DNA from: a virus
DNA length: 64,000 nucleotides
Direction: 5' to 3' (one strand)
Virus record (IMG/VR): IMGVR_UViG_3300022602_000058
Coordinates: 1-64,000 of that record
A program made the translations under genes and the position numbers. The notes under the pieces are model-generated. The model saw only the letters and a list, made by a program, of their open reading frames with translations. It was not told the origin of the DNA and did not search any database. Positions 1-6,823 of the stretch are shown here, piece by piece. How positions within the stretch are numbered: position 1 is the stretch's first letter; each line of letters opens with the position of its first letter.

Positions 1-17
1 GAAACAATTTTTAAATA

Positions 18-125
18 ATGAAAATTAAGCGGATACATACAATATTACGAAATAATGAGGATGTATATAACATTGAAGTAGCAGATAATAATAATTATTA
101 TGCAAACAATATACTTGTCAGCAAC
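18..125 (+). mobile_element. Split intein C-fragment (IntC, blocks F and G)
   Basis: MKIKRI...VYNIEVADNNNYYANNILVSN|C matches intein blocks F/G with terminal Asn and Cys+1; in-frame TAA at 12-14 precedes the ATG. Confidence 0.85.
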
Positions 126-887
126 TGCCACCGTTTACGTAAAGGTAATAAGGTTAATGATATACTCAAAAAGATTAAAACGCCTTATAGATTTGGGTTT
201 ACAGGTACAATGCCTGAAGAGAATCTCGATCAATGGAATATTATAGGTAAGATAGGACCTGTCATTTACGAAAAAAATAGTTTCGATCTAAGACAAGAAA
301 ATTATGTAAGTAACGCTTCAATTCAAATATTAAAACTTATACATAAAGACAGACTGTCAGTACCGGAAGGTGGCAATGCTTATAGAGCAGAACTTGAGTA
401 CCTCACAACATGTAAATTTCGTAATGAGCTCATTACTAAGCTTGCCCAGGGATTAAAGCAAAATACTCTTATCATGGTAGACTTCATCCAACATGGTGAA
501 TTACTTTTTGATATGCTTCAAAAGACGCTACCAGATAAACAGTGTTTTTTTATACGAGGTGAGGTGGAAGTAGAAGAAAGAGATAAAGTACGACAGCTTA
601 TGGAAACTAATAGCAATGTTGTTGTTGTTGCTATCTCTAAGATTTTTTCTACAGGCATTAACATTAAGAATTTACATTACATAGTTTTTGCATGTGGCGG
701 TAAAGCTAAAATAAAAATTGTTCAATCAATAGGTCGCGGTCTTAGGTTGCATAAAGATAAGACTAAGCTTATAATATTCGACATAGCTGATGATCTCCGC
801 TATAGCGCCGCCCACGCTTTAAAACGGCAAGCACTTTATGAAAAAGAACACATCACCTTTGCAATCAAAGAAATCGAAGAAAAGTAA
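18..887 (+). CDS. uvsW: UvsW-like SF2 DNA helicase, C-terminal part, preceded by a 36-aa split-intein C-fragment
   Basis: After ...ILVSN comes CHRL (second half of a DExH box), then GFTGT (motif III), FSTGINIKNL (V) and QSIGRGLR (VI); lies upstream of 55/47/46. Confidence 0.9.
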   Translation: MKIKRIHTILRNNEDVYNIEVADNNNYYANNILVSNCHRLRKGNKVNDILKKIKTPYRFGFTGTMPEENLDQWNIIGKIGPVIYEKNSFDLRQENYVSNASIQILKLIHKDRLSVPEGGNAYRAELEYLTTCKFRNELITKLAQGLKQNTLIMVDFIQHGELLFDMLQKTLPDKQCFFIRGEVEVEERDKVRQLMETNSNVVVVAISKIFSTGINIKNLHYIVFACGGKAKIKIVQSIGRGLRLHKDKTKLIIFDIADDLRYSAAHALKRQALYEKEHITFAIKEIEEK

Positions 888-1452
888 GCTTAAGAAAGAG
901 CCTAAAATTCTAGATTTAAATCTTCCTATTGATGATACAGAAGATTTAGTTGAGATGATACCTGATGAAATACTACAGGCTATTCCTCTTGTTGAGGAGC
1001 AAGAAGCTCAACCGAAGAAAATTAAGCCTAAGGATAAGATTCATTATGTTAATAGTAGAGAATTTGAAGAGGAAATTAAAAACTACTATAAAACTGATAT
1101 TCTATCTGAGAAGGTATGTGATAGCTTAAACAAGATTGCTAATGGATTATCTTATGCACCTAACTTTATGAATTATTCGTATAAGGAAGAGATGGTAGGA
1201 GATGCAATTGTAAAGATGTTTTCAGCTTTAAAGAATAAAAAGTTTAAGATTGATTGTGGTTTCAGTCCATTCTCATATTTCACCACTATTGCCTTCCATG
1301 CATTTATTAATAGAATAAAAAAGGAAAAGAAACATCATGAAGCACTAAATGAGTATAGAGATAAAGTATATACTGAATTAATGCTTAACCCTGAAGAGAA
1401 TAATGGAGCTCATATCTACATTGAACCAACAGGTGACGATCCTGAAGAATAA
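838..1452 (+). CDS. gp55: T4 gp55-like late-transcription sigma factor
   Basis: HYVNSREF, NFMNYSYKEEMVGDA and PFSYFTTIAFHAFINRIKKEKK motifs; synteny with 47/46; true start uncertain. Confidence 0.85.
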   Translation: MKKNTSPLQSKKSKKSKLKKEPKILDLNLPIDDTEDLVEMIPDEILQAIPLVEEQEAQPKKIKPKDKIHYVNSREFEEEIKNYYKTDILSEKVCDSLNKIANGLSYAPNFMNYSYKEEMVGDAIVKMFSALKNKKFKIDCGFSPFSYFTTIAFHAFINRIKKEKKHHEALNEYRDKVYTELMLNPEENNGAHIYIEPTGDDPEE

Positions 1453-1457
1453 ACAAC

Positions 1458-2516
1458 GTGGAATTATTTTTAAATAAATCGAAAGTAGCAATATTTTCTG
1501 ATCTACATTTAGGGGTACATCTTGATTCAGGTATTTGGCATCAAGTAGCTCTTGAATGGTGTGATTGGTTTATTGCTGAATTGAAGAAACAAAACATTCA
1601 AGATATTTTATTTCTTGGTGATTTCTATCACCATAGAAGTGATATCTCTGTTTCAACACTTCATGTTGCAAGTCTCATTCTCGATAAATTGAGTGACTTC
1701 AATATTATAATGATTGTTGGTAATCATGATGCTTATTATAAAGATCGTTCAGATGTCAATTCCTTATCAATTTTAAGCGGTAGAAAGAATCTAACAGTAA
1801 TCAGTGAAACCACATCAAGCACTCTTTTTGGTAAGACTTTAACCTTTATACCATGGGGTGGCGATGTATCGAACATAACGAAGTCTGATGCTATTTTTGG
1901 TCATTTAGAGATTGAGAGCTTTAAGATGAATAGCTACAAAACCTGTGATCACGGTACTAAGACACGTGATCTTTTAGCTAAAGCCAATCTCGTAATGTCG
2001 GGACATTTTCATTTAAGAGACGAACGCATTTACGATGAAGGTACTATTGTATATGTAGGTAATCCGTTTGAAATGGATTTCGGTGACTTAGGCGGTATAA
2101 AAGGGTATTATATTCTTGATCTAGAAACGTTAAAATATAGCTTTCATGAGAATAGACTTTCGCCAAAGCATAAAAAAATCTCATTAACTGATCTTACAAA
2201 TACAAAATCTCTTACAGGAGCTGATATCAATGAAATGGTAAATGGTCACTTTGTTAAGTTTGTTGTAGATAAAAAGGCAAATGGAGACATAATTGATACA
2301 CTAATACAGAAATTCTCTGTATATAAGCCACTTTCGTTTACTACAGATTACACTTATACCGAAAATAGTTATAATGTAGAGGATAAGAATTACGATTCAA
2401 CAGGCGTAAATATGCAGGAAACTATTGAGGAGTTTATTAATGTCCTAGATATTGATGATAAAGGAAGTATAATTCAGTATTGTACGGAGCTATTTAAACG
2501 TGCTAGCGAACTATGA
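1458..2516 (+). CDS. gp47: Recombination endonuclease subunit (Mre11/SbcD-like)
   Basis: Metallophosphoesterase motifs SDLHLG, LGDFYH, GNHD, GHFH. Confidence 0.92.
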   Translation: MELFLNKSKVAIFSDLHLGVHLDSGIWHQVALEWCDWFIAELKKQNIQDILFLGDFYHHRSDISVSTLHVASLILDKLSDFNIIMIVGNHDAYYKDRSDVNSLSILSGRKNLTVISETTSSTLFGKTLTFIPWGGDVSNITKSDAIFGHLEIESFKMNSYKTCDHGTKTRDLLAKANLVMSGHFHLRDERIYDEGTIVYVGNPFEMDFGDLGGIKGYYILDLETLKYSFHENRLSPKHKKISLTDLTNTKSLTGADINEMVNGHFVKFVVDKKANGDIIDTLIQKFSVYKPLSFTTDYTYTENSYNVEDKNYDSTGVNMQETIEEFINVLDIDDKGSIIQYCTELFKRASEL

Positions 2517-4324
2517 AGCAGATTAATTTTAAAAATATTACAATAAAGAATTTTCTCTCGGTTGGTAATATTCCCGTAACAGTAGACTTTAAGCGAGGTT
2601 TACACATTATTACAGGTATTAATAAAGACAAAGAGGACCGTCAAAACGGTGTAGGTAAATCAACAATTGCTGATGCAATTAACTTTGCCGTGTTTGGTGA
2701 AACTCTTCGTGATCTTAAGAAAGAATTTATTGTCAATAGTATTAACAAAAAGAATTGTGAAATTATTTTGGAAGCCTCTGTAATACAGTTTGATAGTACA
2801 GAACATATTAAGATAGTACGTACATTAGAACCATCAAAGTGTTTTATCTATATAAATGGAGAGGATAAAACACGAGACAGTATTTCAAATACTAATGACT
2901 TCATCATGAAGAAATTTAACTGCACACCTGAAATCTTTCAAAACTGTGTAATTATGACCATAAACAATACAACTCCGTTTATGGCCAAGAAGAAGCAAGA
3001 AAAAAGAAAGTTTATTGAAGATATTTTCAATCTTGGTATTTTTAGTAATATGTCTAATTTACTAAAAACCGATATAACTGAAAATAAAAAAGCTCTTGAT
3101 ATTGAAGGTACACGATATGAAGAAGTAGATAAGACTCTTGGAAGTTATATCCGTCAGCGTGACAATTCAATTGAAGAGCGAAAGCTAAAACATGAAAAAT
3201 ATACTCAACGTAAAATTAATAACGCTAATGAAATAGTAGAAATTAACGAGAAGATAAATTCTTTCAAGAGTAAGAGCGTAGATAATATAAACGTAGCTAT
3301 CGACAAATTAAAAGAAGCTACAACCAAGAATGATAAAAAGATTCAAGATAATAGGCATCAAAAAAGTGAAAGTCAGACTCTTATAACTCAACTACAAAAG
3401 CAAATAGCAGCTGTCGGTACAGATAAAGATAAATGCCCGACATGTCTACGTTCAATTGAGGAAAGTGATAAGAATCATATTAAGCGTGAAAAGAAAGCTC
3501 TTAATGATAAGATATCAGAATATCAATTGACTATTACTGAATGTAATAACGTTGAGATGAGTCTTTTAGAGAAAAAAGCTGAAATTGCTACCAAGACAAA
3601 ACAACTAGAGAGTAGTATTCACGCGTATGAATTAGAGTTAAAGGATCAAGAAAAATATAAGTCAAGACTTGATCAATTAAATGAATGGCAAGTGATGTTA
3701 GATCAGGATTTACATGACCTTGAACAAGCATCCACACAGTTTGATAATTTAATTAATGAAAAGAGTACTGAGTTAGATAAACTTAAGGATAGCTTAGATA
3801 AGATTAAAAATACAACACATGTATTAGATGTGGTAAAGTTTGTTGTATCTGAAGAAGGCGTAAAATCTTATCTTGTAAAGAAAATACTTCAACTCTTCAA
3901 CAGTAAACTTTCCTATTATCTTCAAAAAATGGACGCAAATTGCATTTGTACATTTAATGAATACTTTGAAGAAGAAATTGTCGACTTAAAAGGCACACCT
4001 CGTTCTTATTTTAATTTTAGTGGAGCCGAAAGAAAGAATATGGACCTTGCCTGTCTATTCACTTTTATGGACATGCGTAGGTTACAAGGTGACGTCTGTT
4101 TTAATTTTAGCATTTATGATGAGCTTTTTGATTCAAGTCTTGATGCACGTGGCATCGAACTTGTTATCAGTGTATTGAAGGAACGTGTTGAGAAATACAA
4201 TGAGAGTATTATGGTAATAAGTCATCGCAAAGAAAGTGTAAAAGCTGCTACAGGTGATGTTATTTTTCTAGAAAAGTGCAATGGTATAACAAGACGCGTT
4301 GATTACGTAGATACAGCTCTATAA
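2513..4324 (+). CDS. gp46: Recombination ATPase subunit (Rad50/SbcC-like)
   Basis: Walker A NGVGKST, coiled coil with CPTC zinc hook, FSGAE signature, YDELFD Walker B, ISH. Confidence 0.93.
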   Translation: MKQINFKNITIKNFLSVGNIPVTVDFKRGLHIITGINKDKEDRQNGVGKSTIADAINFAVFGETLRDLKKEFIVNSINKKNCEIILEASVIQFDSTEHIKIVRTLEPSKCFIYINGEDKTRDSISNTNDFIMKKFNCTPEIFQNCVIMTINNTTPFMAKKKQEKRKFIEDIFNLGIFSNMSNLLKTDITENKKALDIEGTRYEEVDKTLGSYIRQRDNSIEERKLKHEKYTQRKINNANEIVEINEKINSFKSKSVDNINVAIDKLKEATTKNDKKIQDNRHQKSESQTLITQLQKQIAAVGTDKDKCPTCLRSIEESDKNHIKREKKALNDKISEYQLTITECNNVEMSLLEKKAEIATKTKQLESSIHAYELELKDQEKYKSRLDQLNEWQVMLDQDLHDLEQASTQFDNLINEKSTELDKLKDSLDKIKNTTHVLDVVKFVVSEEGVKSYLVKKILQLFNSKLSYYLQKMDANCICTFNEYFEEEIVDLKGTPRSYFNFSGAERKNMDLACLFTFMDMRRLQGDVCFNFSIYDELFDSSLDARGIELVISVLKERVEKYNESIMVISHRKESVKAATGDVIFLEKCNGITRRVDYVDTAL

Positions 4325-4334
4325 TTATATAAAC

Positions 4335-5558
4335 ATGATAAGCCCATTCGCCTCACCGTTTGCGTCTCCTTTCGCTTCACCCTTTGGTACAACACCACTA
4401 CAACCGCTTGCACCGGCACAGCCTATTATTGAGCAACCACCTGAGCTTTCACTAAAGCGCGTAATGAATTATTATGCTGATTATAGCGGATGTGGGTTCT
4501 GGCGATTGATATGGCCAGAGCATATTCTTAATGCACATCAAAAGCAAGTAGTCCATGGTAGTACAATGATGTGCTTTGACCCTAATTACTTTAGAGGTGC
4601 TGAATGTGTACGTATTCAACGTCAAGCAACACCACATCAATTACAATTTGTTAGATTTCTTAAAGAGCTTAGTAAACAGCTTGGATTCAGAATTATTTAC
4701 GAGATTGACGATCTTATTTTTAGTGAAGATATTCCTGAGTATAATAAGTTTAAACCTGCTTTTGTAAATCCTGAAATTCGTAAAACAGCTCAAGAGATTA
4801 TGGAGTTGTGTGATGAAGTGACTGTAACTTGTGATTTCATGAAAGAGTATTATATGGGTAAAACAGCGAACAAGAATGTTACTGTTATACCTAATTACCC
4901 ACCAAAGTTCTGGATGGGTAATTTCTATAATGAAAAGAAGATTTCAGATAACTACGATAGGTTCCAGAAGAAGCCTCGTATTCTCTATGCTGGCTCAGGT
5001 GCACACTTTGATGTTGATAACCGTGTTGGTCAGAATGACGACTTTGCACATGTAAATCGCGTCATTCGTGCAACTAAGGACAAATATCAATGGGTATTTC
5101 TCGGTGCATACCCGCTTCCGCTGCACGATCTTATTCAGAGTAGAGAATTTGAATACCACCCTTGGGAAACTCTTTATAGATACCCTGAAAAGATTGCTAG
5201 CTTGAATGTGAATATGATGGTTGCACCTCTACAGAACAACACATTTAATAAAGCTAAGTCAGATCTTAAGTTTATTGAGGCTTGTAGTTACGGTTTACCG
5301 ATTGCTTGTCAAAATATTGTAACGTATGAAAATGCACCTTACAAGTTTGATACAGGTGAGGAAATGATTGATATTGTTGATGATGTTCTCTCTAGGAAGG
5401 GCCGATACATGAATATTTCATCTAAGATGCGTAAGCTTGCTGATGAGCGTTGGCTTGAGAATGAGGATAATATCAACAAATATGTCGAACTTCATACATT
5501 GCCATATGGACATAAAGATAGAAAGCTTTTGAATGCTATCAATGGTATTAAGGCTTGA
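4335..5558 (+). CDS. GT-B fold (GT4-like) glycosyltransferase
   Basis: GCGFWR, EIDD, VIPNY and APLQNNTFNKAKSDLKFIE..YGLP motifs typical of phage GT-B enzymes. Confidence 0.7.
   Translation: MISPFASPFASPFASPFGTTPLQPLAPAQPIIEQPPELSLKRVMNYYADYSGCGFWRLIWPEHILNAHQKQVVHGSTMMCFDPNYFRGAECVRIQRQATPHQLQFVRFLKELSKQLGFRIIYEIDDLIFSEDIPEYNKFKPAFVNPEIRKTAQEIMELCDEVTVTCDFMKEYYMGKTANKNVTVIPNYPPKFWMGNFYNEKKISDNYDRFQKKPRILYAGSGAHFDVDNRVGQNDDFAHVNRVIRATKDKYQWVFLGAYPLPLHDLIQSREFEYHPWETLYRYPEKIASLNVNMMVAPLQNNTFNKAKSDLKFIEACSYGLPIACQNIVTYENAPYKFDTGEEMIDIVDDVLSRKGRYMNISSKMRKLADERWLENEDNINKYVELHTLPYGHKDRKLLNAINGIKA
4341..4388 (+). repeat. Tetrapeptide repeat (SPFA)x3-SPFG
   Basis: agc cca ttc gcc / tca ccg ttt gcg / tct cct ttc gct / tca ccc ttt ggt. 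Confidence 0.9.
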
Positions 5559-5582
5559 TACTATTCTTAGCTAGTATATACT
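5555..5582 (+). promoter_or_regulatory. Sigma70-type early promoter for the polymerase N-fragment
   Basis: TTGATA-16nt-TATACT, 6 nt before GTG at 5589. Confidence 0.55.
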
Positions 5583-5588
5583 ATTGGT

Positions 5589-5993
5589 GTGTACAGGAAC
5601 GTTTCATACTCACCACAAGATCAAACCATTCATCTCCATACATGGGATGAGAATGGTAAGAGAGTAACCGTACAGTCAACGTACGAGCCTTATATCTATC
5701 TTGAGACAAATAATGCGCCAGACGCTCATAGTATCTTTAATACTAAGTTAAAGAAAAAGAAATTTAGGAATCAATACGATAGATCCAAATATATCAAGGA
5801 CAATAAGGTAACGCGAGTATTTGAAAACTTTAACGTATACCAACAATTTTTGATTGATGCATACTGGCAGGAGAATGAAAAACCTGAATTTACAAAGAAT
5901 CAATTAAAGGTATATTTTATTGATATCGAGACCGACTGTCATAATGTTAAGGATAGTAAAAAAATTAAAATTCGCAAAAAAACAATTTCTTGA
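5589..5993 (+). CDS. gp43: DNA polymerase family B, N-terminal fragment (N-domain plus ExoI motif)
   Basis: gp43-like N-terminus (YEPYIY) ending in LKVYFIDIET (ExoI), followed by a 19-aa basic tail and a stop. Confidence 0.85.
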   Translation: MYRNVSYSPQDQTIHLHTWDENGKRVTVQSTYEPYIYLETNNAPDAHSIFNTKLKKKKFRNQYDRSKYIKDNKVTRVFENFNVYQQFLIDAYWQENEKPEFTKNQLKVYFIDIETDCHNVKDSKKIKIRKKTIS

Positions 5994-6003
5994 TATAGAG
6001 ACG

Positions 6004-6011
6004 TATAAATA
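6004..6011 (+). promoter_or_regulatory. T4-type late promoter for the HNH endonuclease gene
   Basis: TATAAATA 5 nt upstream of ATG 6017. Confidence 0.65.
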
Positions 6012-6016
6012 ATTTA

Positions 6017-6823
6017 ATGGATTATAAGTTAATATATCAAAGATTATGTCTCCGCGGGCAAACTAGAACCAAAAATAGTAATATATATCTCGAAAAACAT
6101 CACATTCTACCAAAATGCCTTGGTGGAGACAATTCATTTGCTAACCTAACACTTCTTACAGCCCGTGAACACTATATAGCTCATTACTTGCTGTGTAAGG
6201 TATATAACGATAGCAACATATCAGTTCGAGCTAAATTATCCTCTGCTTTTAACAGAATGTGTACGCTTAATACACATAAACGCCAATTTACATCGCGTCA
6301 ATATGATGTTGCGAGAAAGTATTTTTCTAAAAATCATCATATGAAGAGTAAGGAGTGTAGGGATAAGGTTGCCCTAGCTCTTAGGAAGAAAGGTATAATT
6401 ACAAGACAGCTTAGAGAGCAGCTGCTACCGCTGTGTAAGTGCGGTTGCGGTAAAAAGGTAAAAAATAAATACCACCAATATCTTTATAATCACTGGGACA
6501 GAAGTGTAACAAAATCAGGCTTTACAGAAGAAGTACGTAAACGGCTAAGCGAAAAAGCTATAAAGCGTATATTAAGCCTCACGGATAAGGAAAAGAAAGA
6601 CAGATTACAAAAATCCTTGCATAGTGAGAAAGTGGATCATATTATGAGAGGTAGAAAGATATCTCTCTCCAAAAGAGGGAAGAAAACCAACCAACAAAAT
6701 ATAATGGGTGAAAGATTTGCGAATATGACGGAGGATGAGTTTTTATTATACTTAAACACAGTATCACCAAAGGTATGGACAAGATATACAAAATTAAGAA
6801 ATAGATGTCTGAACAAGAAGTAA
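6017..6823 (+). CDS. HNH homing endonuclease (MobE-like) inserted in the polymerase gene
   Basis: EKHHILPKCLGG..NLTLLTAREHYIAHYLL HNH motif, CKCGC motif, basic C-terminal DNA-binding region. Confidence 0.88.
   Translation: MDYKLIYQRLCLRGQTRTKNSNIYLEKHHILPKCLGGDNSFANLTLLTAREHYIAHYLLCKVYNDSNISVRAKLSSAFNRMCTLNTHKRQFTSRQYDVARKYFSKNHHMKSKECRDKVALALRKKGIITRQLREQLLPLCKCGCGKKVKNKYHQYLYNHWDRSVTKSGFTEEVRKRLSEKAIKRILSLTDKEKKDRLQKSLHSEKVDHIMRGRKISLSKRGKKTNQQNIMGERFANMTEDEFLLYLNTVSPKVWTRYTKLRNRCLNKK

Noticed and set aside
5916-6012. Gene 60-style ribosomal bypass or frameshift rejoining the polymerase
   Set aside because: The duplicated DIET copy leads to a stop after two more codons, and fragment B is about 800 nt further on.
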